From positions 11,634-75,633 of IMG/VR virus record IMGVR_UViG_2895476258_000013: a DNA stretch of 64,000 nucleotides; one strand, given 5' to 3'. This document shows, piece after piece, positions 37,367 to 46,586 of the stretch. The number at the start of each line of letters is the position of its first letter. The first letter of the stretch is position 1. The notes beneath the pieces were generated by a model. It made no database searches. It had not been told where the DNA came from and saw nothing but the letters and a program-made list of their open reading frames with translations. Made by a program: the position numbers and the translations under genes. The stretch comes from a virus (taxonomy: Duplodnaviria > Caudoviricetes).

Positions 37367-37987
37367 GTGGCAACCCTGGCCAGCAAATGCGCCCTCGAAA
37401 CCCGACTGGGGCGTGTCCTGTCCGCTGAGGAGGGGGCCCGCGCTGACGCGCTACTGGAGGACGCGTCCGCGCTGGTGCGGTCCTACACGCGCCAGGACTT
37501 CGCGCCGCCCGCCTCCGAAACCGTAGTCCTGCGCGCATCATCGGGCGTGGTCAGGTTGCCGAAAACACCGGTCACAGCCGTGACCGCGGTGGTCGCGGTA
37601 GGAGTCGGCGGAGGCCCAGATCTCGCGCTGGCCGGGTGGGTGTTCGACGGCATCGACGTCATCGACGTGGCCGGCTGGGACTCGCTCATCATCAACCTGC
37701 CCGAAACCCTGCACGACACCTGCCTTCCGCCCACCTACCGCGTCACCTACGCGCCCGGCTACGCCGCTGTGCCCGCGGACGTGGTGGCGGTGGTGTGCGC
37801 GATGGCCATGCGCACCCTGACCGCGCCCACCATGGCCGCCGGCGTCACGTCGGAGACCATCGGGTCGTACTCCTACCGGCTCGATTCCGGCGGCATCGGC
37901 ACGTCCGTGCAGATGGGCGCGTCCGAGAAGATGGTGCTGGACCGGTACCGGCGCAAGGCCGACACGATCACCGTGCGGATGCGATGA
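37367..37987 (+). CDS. Head-to-tail adaptor
   Basis: LLEDASALVR...VPADVVAVVC...SETIGSYSY. Confidence 0.85.
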   Translation: MATLASKCALETRLGRVLSAEEGARADALLEDASALVRSYTRQDFAPPASETVVLRASSGVVRLPKTPVTAVTAVVAVGVGGGPDLALAGWVFDGIDVIDVAGWDSLIINLPETLHDTCLPPTYRVTYAPGYAAVPADVVAVVCAMAMRTLTAPTMAAGVTSETIGSYSYRLDSGGIGTSVQMGASEKMVLDRYRRKADTITVRMR

Positions 37988-38322
37988 TCCCCGCCAGGCT
38001 GCTGCCGCTGACCGTCATCAAGGTCCGGCCGGCGACATCAACGGACCGATACGGCAACACCGAGCTCGACTACGGGGCCGCAGCCAGCCGCATCGCCGTC
38101 GCGGCGTGGATCGATCAGGCGTCCGCGTCGGAGGACACCCCGAACGGGCGTGACGTGATCGTCGGCGTGTGGAAACTCATCACCAACCACACCGACCTCG
38201 ACGCCGCCGACCGCATCGAATGGGGCAGCAGCATCTACGAACTCGACGGCCCTGCCTGGCCCGTCCACACCCCGGCCGGACTGCACCACCTCGAGGCCAG
38301 ACTGCGCAGAGTGGAGGGCTGA
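37984..38322 (+). CDS. Head-to-tail stopper
   Basis: DRYGN...DRIEW...YELDG; position in neck module. Confidence 0.8.
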   Translation: MIPARLLPLTVIKVRPATSTDRYGNTELDYGAAASRIAVAAWIDQASASEDTPNGRDVIVGVWKLITNHTDLDAADRIEWGSSIYELDGPAWPVHTPAGLHHLEARLRRVEG

Positions 38323-38597
38323 TGGCTGTCCGCGTCGTGCTCAACCCCGTGGGAATGCGGGAGATGCTCCGCTCAAAGGAGGTAGAGCGGGACTTGCTGC
38401 GCCGCGGTAAGCAGGTCGCCTCCACCGCCGAGGCGATCGGTCATCTCCCACACGAAGGTGACGTCGAGTACTACGCGGAATCCTCCGTCGGCTCAACCAG
38501 GGCACGCTGTGTCGTGGTCGCCGATCACCCGGGCGCGCTCGGCCAGGAAGAGGAGTACCGCACGCTTGGCACGGCGATCGATGCGGCGAGGCTGTAG
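38322..38597 (+). CDS. Neck/tail completion protein
   Basis: GMREMLRSKEV motif; position. Confidence 0.7.
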   Translation: MAVRVVLNPVGMREMLRSKEVERDLLRRGKQVASTAEAIGHLPHEGDVEYYAESSVGSTRARCVVVADHPGALGQEEEYRTLGTAIDAARL

Positions 38598-38971
38598 TGA
38601 CTTCCTATCCGGATGCCGAAGACCTGCTCATCGACTACCTGCAGCCGATCGTCGGCGTGCCCGTCCGCACCCGCGTGCCGCGCACCAGGCCCGATGTGTG
38701 GCTGCATGTGAGGCGCAGCGGCGGCGTCGATGACGTTGTCCGCGACCGGCCCCGCCTGGACGTGTTCGCCTGGGCTCCAGACGACGGCGCCACTCGAGAC
38801 CTGCTGACGACCGCCCGCTCCGCCATCCACGACCTGAAGGGGACAACCCTGCTCGGGGTCACCTGCTACCAGGTCGAAGAGTTCCTTGGCCCCACACGCG
38901 CCGACGACCGCGAGACCGGCACCCCGCGCATGTGGATGACCGTGCAGCTCAGTCTGCGAACCACCAGCTAG
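38597..38971 (+). CDS. Tail terminator
   Basis: VRRSGG...DRPRLDVFAWA; precedes major tail. Confidence 0.8.
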   Translation: MTSYPDAEDLLIDYLQPIVGVPVRTRVPRTRPDVWLHVRRSGGVDDVVRDRPRLDVFAWAPDDGATRDLLTTARSAIHDLKGTTLLGVTCYQVEEFLGPTRADDRETGTPRMWMTVQLSLRTTS

Positions 38972-39038
38972 ACCCGCGCATCCAACTGATCCGGCCGTCC
39001 GCGCCGGTGTTTCTGCTGCTCACCGAAGGGTTAACACC

Positions 39039-39590
39039 ATGACGCTTGACGCACAGAAGGTGCGCGTTGCCGTCACAGGCGCGGTTTACGCTGGCCCGAC
39101 CTCCTCCACCGCCCCCACGTCGGCCGTATCGGCCGTCCCAGCCGGGTACAACGATCTCGGCTATATCTCTGAGGACGGCGTCACCGAGGCGTACGACGAG
39201 GACGTCCAGGACATCCAGGCGTGGCAGGGCGGCGCGATCGTCCGCACGCTGATCTCTTCGTCGAAGGCGTCGCTGTCCTTCACGATGATCGAGTCGAAGG
39301 CCAGCACGCTGGAGCTGTACCACAAGGGCTCCACGATGGAGGCCGTCTCCGGCGGCTACAAGATCGACGTGAAGTTGCCCAACGTCGTGAGGAAGAAGTT
39401 CATCCTCGACGTCCTCGACGGCTCCACTCACCTGCGCATCTACGTGCCGGACGGTGAGGTCACCGAGCGCGGCGAGATCACCTACATCAACGACGAGACC
39501 ATCTCGTACAACGTCACGATCACCTGCTACCCCGTCGCCGACGTCGTCATGACCAAGTACTCCGATGACGCCTACTGGGGATATTCGTGA
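39039..39590 (+). CDS. Major tail protein
   Basis: LGYISEDGVTE...IQAWQGG...GEVTERGEI. Confidence 0.9.
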   Translation: MTLDAQKVRVAVTGAVYAGPTSSTAPTSAVSAVPAGYNDLGYISEDGVTEAYDEDVQDIQAWQGGAIVRTLISSSKASLSFTMIESKASTLELYHKGSTMEAVSGGYKIDVKLPNVVRKKFILDVLDGSTHLRIYVPDGEVTERGEITYINDETISYNVTITCYPVADVVMTKYSDDAYWGYS

Positions 39591-39687
39591 TCGTTTTCTG
39601 AGACTCCGGGGTGGGAGCGAATCGCGCGGGTCCGCACCCACCCCGGTATCACCATGCACCCGCGCGACCGCATGAAAGGACCCGCGC

Positions 39688-40032
39688 ATGACCACGAGAA
39701 GTCCCCGCTCCGTCAAGCCTGCGAAGCCGGCCAAGGCGTTCGACCTGGACGCCGTCGAAGCCGAAGAAGCGGGCGAACGGTTCGAATTCATCTTCGGCGG
39801 ACGCACCTACAGCCTCCCGCATCTGCAGGACATCGACCGTAGCCTGCTCAACACCGCAGACCAAGGCGACATCGCGGCCATGCAGGAAGCGTTCCGGACC
39901 GGTCTCGGCGACGACTATGAGGAGTTCAACTCCCAGCCGATGAAACTGCGATCCCTCGAGGCCCTCTTCAAGGCGTGGACGGAGCACTCCGGTCTGAAGC
40001 CGGGGGAATCTCAGGCCTCCACGCGCTCCTAG
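39688..40032 (+). CDS. Tail assembly chaperone G
   Basis: Between MTP and TMP; ends with slippery site. Confidence 0.85.
   Translation: MTTRSPRSVKPAKPAKAFDLDAVEAEEAGERFEFIFGGRTYSLPHLQDIDRSLLNTADQGDIAAMQEAFRTGLGDDYEEFNSQPMKLRSLEALFKAWTEHSGLKPGESQASTRS
40002..40008 (+). other. Programmed -1 frameshift site GGGGGAA (G-T chaperone fusion)
   Basis: CCG GGG GAA in frame 0; -1 frame open to 40409. Confidence 0.85.
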
Positions 40033-40409
40033 AAGAGCACGGGGAGGCGATCGAGTGGGACCTGTCCCACTACCACCATCGCAGCCTGCACGACCTGTTC
40101 AACGGCATCCTGACGTGGCGTCAGCTACGCAGCTACCTCTCCCATCTGCCGCGCGAGTCGGCTCTGGCCCGCGCTCTGCTTGGTGACGACACCATGTGGG
40201 GCCTGAACGAGCAGCTCCTCGCCATGGCCATTGACGTGCTACGGCAGGGCAATTACCAACGCGGCAACGGCAAAGGGCCAAAACCGAAGCCCCTGCCGCG
40301 CCCCGGGGTCAAGAAAGCCGCCGAGCCACTCCGGCACGGCCGCACCGACCGCGACCCGGACGAGGTCATCGCCTACCTGGACCGGTTCCGCCCACAGCAG
40401 TCCGCCTGA
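40002..40409 (+). CDS. Tail assembly chaperone T part (frameshift extension)
   Basis: GISGLHALLEEHGEAIEWDL...WGLNEQLLAM; no own RBS evident. Confidence 0.8.
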   Translation, partial: GGISGLHALLEEHGEAIEWDLSHYHHRSLHDLFNGILTWRQLRSYLSHLPRESALARALLGDDTMWGLNEQLLAMAIDVLRQGNYQRGNGKGPKPKPLPRPGVKKAAEPLRHGRTDRDPDEVIAYLDRFRPQQSA

Positions 40410-40433
40410 CTCAACCACGCTCGGGGGTGAGGC

Positions 40434-43400
40434 ATGGCGGCCGAGGTCGGCTCTGCGTACGTCACGATCCTTCCCAGCGCCCGCGGTTTCCGCCGGGCGT
40501 TGGAGAAGGAGCTCGACACCCCTCTCCGGGACTCGGGGCAGGACGCGGGCAAGACGCTCGGCGACGCCATCGCTTCCGAGGGGAGCCCCGCTGGCGAGAA
40601 GTTCGGCAAGAACTTCGCCAAGTCACTGATCCCCAGCCTGTCCGGCGCTACCGACGTGGTCGGCCGGTTCGGCGTCAGCATGACCGCGGCACTGCTGCCG
40701 AGCCTCGGCCAGGTCACTGCCGGCATCGCCAAAATCGGGGCCGGCGCCGGGGCGTTCGCAACCCTTGCGGCGGGAGCAGGAGCAGCGGCGGTCCAGGTGG
40801 GCGCTTTGGCTGCTGCCTTGGCCCCGGCTGCGGGTGCTTTGGCGGCTCTACCGGGTGCTGCGCTGCTCGGCGCCGCCGGCATGGGCACGCTCAAGCTCGC
40901 TCTCCAGGGCGTCAGCGAGGGGTTCGCTGCTGCTCTATCGGGCGACTACCTCAAGTTCATCGCAAAGACCAAGGACCTCTCCCGGAACGCACAGCTCGTC
41001 TCCTACGAGTTGTTCCAGATGGCGGGCGCCTTTCAGGGCATCCAGAACGCCGCCCAGAACAGCTTCTTCGCGCCGTTCATCGGCCAGATGGAGTCGCTTC
41101 GGCCACTGCTGAACGCGCTGCGAGAAGGCGTTCGCGGCGCAGCAGGAGCGTTCGGCGAAGCCGCGTTCGAGGTCTTGCGGTTCGCCCGGTCAACGGACTC
41201 CATTTTCGCGGTCGAAGAGGTCTTCCGGATCCTCAAGAAGTCCGTGGAAGAGGTCACCCCGGCGATCCGGCCGCTCCTCGACGGGTTCCGCGACCTCGGG
41301 GTGCTCGGATCCTCGTTCCTGGGCAGCTTCGCCCCCGGGATCGCCGACGCCGCAGCCAAGTTCGGCAACTTCCTGTCGCATGCAGTGGCGACCGGCCAGG
41401 CGCTGCAGTGGATGGAAGGCGCCGTCGTCGTCTTCCGGCAACTCGGCGCGATCATCGCCGACGTCGGCGGCATCATCCGTGGCGTCTTCGGTGCGCTGGA
41501 GACCGCGGGCACAGGGGCACTCGGTGTTCTTGGGCAGCTCGTGGACGCGGCCAACGCCTGGGTGAACTCTGCCCGCGGCCAGGAAGCCCTGATCTCGGTC
41601 TTCCGATCGCTGGCTCAGGCCGGCCAGGCGCTCGTCCCCGTCATCACTGCGATCGCCACGGGGATCGGCCAACTGGCGCCGTTCGTGGCTGATCTGGCGA
41701 CTGCGTTCGGGCCGGTCCTGACCGGCGCGGTCCAGGCGGTCGTGCCCGCTCTGGCGGCGCTCGCCCCGGGGATTATCGCGGTCATCAACGGCCTCGGTGG
41801 GGCCGTGCAGGCGCTGGGCCCTGCCCTGTTGCCGCTCGGGCAGACCATCTCGGGGCTGTTCCAGGTCGTCGCGCCTGTGTTCACTCAGATCGGGCAGGCT
41901 GTTGCTGCGCTTCTGCCCGGCGTCCAGGCGCTCGTGGCTGCGGTCGGGCAGACCATCTCCGCCCTGGGGCCTGCGTTGGGGCCGCTCGCCGCCGCGTTCT
42001 CCGCCCTCGTGGCCGCCGTGTCGCCGCTCCTGCCGGTGCTGGGACAGGTGATCGCCGTACTCGCCGGTGCACTGTCGCAGCACATCCAAAACCTGGTGCC
42101 GTTGCTGGGGCCGCTCGTGGCCGTCGTCGGGCAGTTGGTGACCGCGCTCGGCTCCGGCCTGGCGACCACTATCACGACGCTGTCGCCCCTCTTCGGGCCG
42201 GTGGTGCAAGCCGTCACACAGTTGCTCGCCTCGTTCGCGCCGCTCATCTCGCAGGTGCTGCAGCTCGTCGCCGCGTTCGCGTCGGCTCTGCTGCCCGCGG
42301 TCGCTCAGCTTGTGCCCGTGATCGGCGGCGCGATCGTGGGCGCCCTCGGACAGCTCCTGACCGCTGTGCAGCCGCTCATCCCGGTGTTCGGCCAGATCGT
42401 CGGCATCCTGGGCGGAGCCCTGGCCACGGCGATCAACGCGTTGGCGCCGCTGATCGCGCCGATCATTGCCGGGTTCGGGCAGCTCGTGGCTGCGGTTGGC
42501 CCGTTGCTCAACCAGGTCGTTCAGCTCGCGGCGTCGCTTCTTTCGGCGCTGCTGCCTGCGCTCGCCCCGCTGATCCCGATCGTGGTCCAGATCGTCTCGG
42601 TGCTCGGCGGCGCGTTCGTCCAAGCGATCTCAACGGTCGTGCAGGCTGCGACGCCGCTCATCACCGTGCTGGGGCAGGCGCTGCAGGCCATCGGCGGCGC
42701 ACTCCTGACTGCGGTCCAGTCGATCACTCCGTATATCGCCCAGTTCGGTCAGGCGATAGCCGGGCTCGCGCCGATCCTCGGCCAGATAGTGGCAGCGGCG
42801 CTGCCGGTGATGGTGCAGCTCTTCCAGACTGCGGCGCCCATCATCGGCCAGTTGGTGACCGCGTTCGGCACGCTGCTGCAGGCTCTCGCGCCGCTGCTGC
42901 CCATCGTGGTCCAGATCGCCGGCGTGATCGGCCAGACCCTGCTGTCGGTCATCTCCAGTCTGCTCCAGGCGGTCACACCGCTGCTGGGGCCGCTCGGCGA
43001 GCTGGCGGTGACGATCGGGCAGGTCCTACTGAAGGCGGTGCAGGCGGTAGCGCCGTTCGTGGTCGCCTTGGCGAAGTCGATCGCCCAGCTTGTGCCGGTG
43101 TTCGTGCCGCTGATCGAACTTGCGTCGCAGATCGCGGCGCAACTCGGCGGGATCCTCGTGCAAGCCATCACGATCCTGGTGCAGGCGCTGACGCCGGTCC
43201 TGCCGATCATCGTGGAACTGGTGTCGCAGATCGGCACGGCCCTCGTGACAGCGCTGCAAGCGGTCGCGCCGGCGTTCCTGGCGATCGTCCAGGCCGTGGT
43301 CGGGCTGCTGCCGTCGCTCACCCCGTTGATCGGGCTGGTGGCTCAGCTGCTGCAGGCGATCGTCCCGTTGGTCGTCCAGTTCCTGCCGATCTTTGTGCAG

Positions 43401-44819
43401 CTGATTCAGACGCTCGCTCCGGTCATCGCCGCCGTGGCCGGCGTGGTGGGTCAGCTCTTGGCGGCGCTCCTGCCGGTGGCGGCCATCCTGATCGACCTCG
43501 CGTTGAAGATCCTCACCCCGTTGATCGGGATCGTCCTGCAGGTCGTTCAGGCGCTGATGCCGCTCATCCAGGCGGTGCTGCCGGTCCTGGTGACGCTGGT
43601 GCAGGCGATCGCGCCGATCCTCGGGCTCGTCGCCAACGTGTTCGGGCAGATCTTGCAGGCGGTCTCGCCGCTGATCGACGTGCTGCTGCAGCTCGTGATG
43701 GCGGTGTTGTCGCCGCTCCTTCCGCTGATCGAGGCGATCGCGCCGATCCTCACCTCGCTGATCGGCATCTTCGCCCAGCTGGTGACCGCGGTCATGCCTC
43801 TGATCGAGATCCTGCTGAACTTGATCGTGTCGGTGCTCACGCCGCTGATCGAGATCATCGCGACGGTCATCTCGTGGCTCGTCGACAAACTCGCGGTCGC
43901 CATCGAATGGGTGGCCGGCATCATCGAAGTCGCGATCACGGCGATCGCCGACGTCTTCCAGTGGCTGTATGACCTGCTGGTCGGCAACAGCATCATCCCC
44001 GACCTGATCCAAGGCATCAGGGATTGGTTCCAGAAGGGCGTCGACTGGGTCAAGGGAATCATCGCTTGGTTCGGCGAGTTGCCGGGCATGATCGGCGCCT
44101 GGCTGGGCCAGGTCGTGACCTGGGTCCAGACCAAATGGGCTTTGATCAGGGAATACATCGCCGACAAGATCAACGACATTCGGGAGACGATCTCCCGCAT
44201 CCTGGCCCAGATCGGCGAGCGCTGGAACACCTTCTGGGACACCGTCCGCACCTTCGTCTCCGGCAAGTTCAACGAGATCAAGACAGCGATCAGCGGAAAG
44301 ATCGACGAGGTTCTCCAGTTCTTCAGAGACCTGCCTGGTCGAATCGGCGCCGCGCTCGGCAACCTGGGCTCGACTCTCTATAACGCCGGACGCGACTTGA
44401 TCGTGGGCCTGTGGAACGGCCTCGTGTCCATGTGGGAGTGGTTCAAGACCGCGATCTACAACTTCTTCGCGGGGATCATGCCGCAGTGGGTGAAGGACGC
44501 TCTCGGCATCGCGAGCCCCAGCAAGGTGTTCATGGCGATGGGCCGGGAGCTGCCCGCGGGCATGGCACTCGGCATCGAGAAGGCGTCCGGGCTGGTCGAG
44601 AATGCCGTCGCTGGGCTCGCGGGTACAGCGTCGATCGCCGCGACAACCGATGTGTCCGTCGCTTCGCCCAACGCTGGCGGCATCACCGTGGCGGGTGACC
44701 TGGTGCTGCCGGTGGACGGGCTGATCCTCGATCTGCGCAAGCCGGACCAGGCCGTCCGCCAGTTCCTGGAGCAGGTCCGTGAGGGCCTGCGCGGTCTGGA
44801 GAAGGAGGCGTTTGCGTGA
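40434..44819 (+). CDS. Tape measure protein (1461 aa)
   Basis: VGSAYVTILPS N-terminus; long LAP.I..L repeats; GIASPSKVF C-terminal motif. Confidence 0.96.
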   Translation: MAAEVGSAYVTILPSARGFRRALEKELDTPLRDSGQDAGKTLGDAIASEGSPAGEKFGKNFAKSLIPSLSGATDVVGRFGVSMTAALLPSLGQVTAGIAKIGAGAGAFATLAAGAGAAAVQVGALAAALAPAAGALAALPGAALLGAAGMGTLKLALQGVSEGFAAALSGDYLKFIAKTKDLSRNAQLVSYELFQMAGAFQGIQNAAQNSFFAPFIGQMESLRPLLNALREGVRGAAGAFGEAAFEVLRFARSTDSIFAVEEVFRILKKSVEEVTPAIRPLLDGFRDLGVLGSSFLGSFAPGIADAAAKFGNFLSHAVATGQALQWMEGAVVVFRQLGAIIADVGGIIRGVFGALETAGTGALGVLGQLVDAANAWVNSARGQEALISVFRSLAQAGQALVPVITAIATGIGQLAPFVADLATAFGPVLTGAVQAVVPALAALAPGIIAVINGLGGAVQALGPALLPLGQTISGLFQVVAPVFTQIGQAVAALLPGVQALVAAVGQTISALGPALGPLAAAFSALVAAVSPLLPVLGQVIAVLAGALSQHIQNLVPLLGPLVAVVGQLVTALGSGLATTITTLSPLFGPVVQAVTQLLASFAPLISQVLQLVAAFASALLPAVAQLVPVIGGAIVGALGQLLTAVQPLIPVFGQIVGILGGALATAINALAPLIAPIIAGFGQLVAAVGPLLNQVVQLAASLLSALLPALAPLIPIVVQIVSVLGGAFVQAISTVVQAATPLITVLGQALQAIGGALLTAVQSITPYIAQFGQAIAGLAPILGQIVAAALPVMVQLFQTAAPIIGQLVTAFGTLLQALAPLLPIVVQIAGVIGQTLLSVISSLLQAVTPLLGPLGELAVTIGQVLLKAVQAVAPFVVALAKSIAQLVPVFVPLIELASQIAAQLGGILVQAITILVQALTPVLPIIVELVSQIGTALVTALQAVAPAFLAIVQAVVGLLPSLTPLIGLVAQLLQAIVPLVVQFLPIFVQLIQTLAPVIAAVAGVVGQLLAALLPVAAILIDLALKILTPLIGIVLQVVQALMPLIQAVLPVLVTLVQAIAPILGLVANVFGQILQAVSPLIDVLLQLVMAVLSPLLPLIEAIAPILTSLIGIFAQLVTAVMPLIEILLNLIVSVLTPLIEIIATVISWLVDKLAVAIEWVAGIIEVAITAIADVFQWLYDLLVGNSIIPDLIQGIRDWFQKGVDWVKGIIAWFGELPGMIGAWLGQVVTWVQTKWALIREYIADKINDIRETISRILAQIGERWNTFWDTVRTFVSGKFNEIKTAISGKIDEVLQFFRDLPGRIGAALGNLGSTLYNAGRDLIVGLWNGLVSMWEWFKTAIYNFFAGIMPQWVKDALGIASPSKVFMAMGRELPAGMALGIEKASGLVENAVAGLAGTASIAATTDVSVASPNAGGITVAGDLVLPVDGLILDLRKPDQAVRQFLEQVREGLRGLEKEAFA

Positions 44820-45994
44820 GCGATCTGACCATCGGCCGGTACGTCGTCCGGGAAACGTGGTCCGTCTCCGAGACCGGCGCCGGCGTGCTGCAGGTGGCTG
44901 GCCGTGAGGTGATGCCTCCGCTGACCCGCGCCGATGTGGTGTACCGGTATGAGAGCGCGCTCGGCTCACAAAGGCTGCTGGTACCGGTCGTGTGGGAGGA
45001 CAAGCCCGAGAGAAGCGGCTACTACACGGTGACGTCAGCATCCGGCGACATCATGGACCGGGCCGCCGAGGGCGTGGTGGTCGCCGAGTGGAAGCTCTCG
45101 CTCGCCAGGCACGGCAGCGACACGGACGTCGACCTGGAGTCCAGGCTTACGGGTGCGGTGCGCGCCAACGACTTCTCGCTGACGGGTGAGCGCTGGCATG
45201 CGCCGCCCATCGGCCACCACAGCTACTACACCGGCTCGACGATCCCCTCGACGATGACCCGCACGGGATCGGACGGGGCGGTGACCGTCTACCGCGGGGT
45301 TCCCGCTAACGTGTCCCCGCGGTGGGGCTGCGCAGTCGATGACTACCTCCGTGGCTGCGTGCGGATTCTGTCGGTCGGCTATGAGCGGGTCGGGGTTGGC
45401 CAGGCTGTGGACGCCGACGATTGGGAGCTGTCCAACACGCTAGTCCGGGTGCGTCCGCTGCTGTCCGGTGGCACGCTGGAGATCGCCGCCTACACGGGCG
45501 GTGCCTGGCGTACCAAGGCGTGGTGGGCGGATATTGGCGGGGTGCAGATCGCCCGGTTCGAGGCGGCGACGATCCTCCGCAACGACCCCGAGATGTGCGT
45601 CCTACGCCTCACAGAGCACCGTGCGACCGTTGGGCGGGCGGTGCTGGATTTGACGCTCAGACGCGGATCCAGGGTCGTCGAGGGCTACCTGCAGAGAGGC
45701 GACTCCGGGACGCTCAGCGTCTACCTGGCCAGCGCCGAGACGATGACCGACAGCACCTCGTACGTGGTGAAGACCACCAACGACGCCGACGGCAACAGGG
45801 CGATAGCGGGCTCGGCACGAAACTTTGACCCACACGCGTCGGGCGGGATCACCAAGACCGCGAGCACTGCACTGGACTTCTTCGTCGGCGTGGTCGCGGG
45901 AGGCGGCTCAGCGGTGTCGGGGGACCAGGCAACCAACATCAGGGACCAGTACATTGGCGCACTCCCCGAGGCGGTCGTCGCCGTGCGGCGCTAG
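44816..45994 (+). CDS. Minor tail protein (distal-tail position)
   Basis: GTGA overlap with TMP; position. Confidence 0.7.
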   Translation: MSDLTIGRYVVRETWSVSETGAGVLQVAGREVMPPLTRADVVYRYESALGSQRLLVPVVWEDKPERSGYYTVTSASGDIMDRAAEGVVVAEWKLSLARHGSDTDVDLESRLTGAVRANDFSLTGERWHAPPIGHHSYYTGSTIPSTMTRTGSDGAVTVYRGVPANVSPRWGCAVDDYLRGCVRILSVGYERVGVGQAVDADDWELSNTLVRVRPLLSGGTLEIAAYTGGAWRTKAWWADIGGVQIARFEAATILRNDPEMCVLRLTEHRATVGRAVLDLTLRRGSRVVEGYLQRGDSGTLSVYLASAETMTDSTSYVVKTTNDADGNRAIAGSARNFDPHASGGITKTASTALDFFVGVVAGGGSAVSGDQATNIRDQYIGALPEAVVAVRR

Positions 45995-46485
45995 CTCGCG
46001 AGCTTCTTGCCTCGGACGTTGCGGATGACGGTTGCCACAGCTTGAACGTCACCCTCCTCGTTGGTCAGATGGGGGTTGGCTTCCATGATCTGTCCGGCGA
46101 GTTCCTTCAGGGCTGCGTCGTCCACGTTGTAGGTGGCGGCGATGTGCCGTAGAGCGCGGACTTCGTGATGCCATTCGGTCGTGTCGTGCGGGTGTTCTCT
46201 GTGAGAGGCATCCCGGGCTGCGCGGTACTCCTCGCGGGCCCTCTCGATGGGGAGAGGGCCGCCCCCCGCTCCGCGTCCGGGGAGCGCGAGCTTCCACGCC
46301 TTCCAGTCGGTCGGGTTGTCCCATCCGGGGGTGCCGCCGTCGTCGGGGTCGCCGATCCAGACAGTCGGCTCGGGGCAGGGGTGGTTGGTTCCGGCGTAGC
46401 GGGTGCGCCACTTGGAGACGGTGGCGGCGGAGACGCCGAAGAGTCCACTGATGTCCTTCATGCTCAGGTGCCGCTTCGCTTCCAT
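45991..46485 (-). CDS. HTH-domain moron inserted antisense in the tail operon
   Basis: LSMKDISGLFGVSAATVSKWRTRY HTH; RBS GGAGG; own promoter. Confidence 0.8.
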   Translation of the reverse strand: MEAKRHLSMKDISGLFGVSAATVSKWRTRYAGTNHPCPEPTVWIGDPDDGGTPGWDNPTDWKAWKLALPGRGAGGGPLPIERAREEYRAARDASHREHPHDTTEWHHEVRALRHIAATYNVDDAALKELAGQIMEANPHLTNEEGDVQAVATVIRNVRGKKLAS

Positions 46486-46503
46486 GGGGATCCTCCGGAG
46501 TCG

Positions 46504-46563
46504 TTGTCGAGCTTCTAGACAAAGATTAGACCATCACAGAAACCTTGTCTATATCTTCGACAA
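46504..46563 (-). promoter_or_regulatory. Leftward promoter with nested inverted repeats
   Basis: Minus strand TAGACA (46546-51) N17 TAATCT (46523-28); IRs TAGACAA/TTGTCTA and TTGTCGA/TCGACAA. Confidence 0.65.
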
Positions 46564-46586
46564 AGACATCGGGGGGGTGGTGGCAG

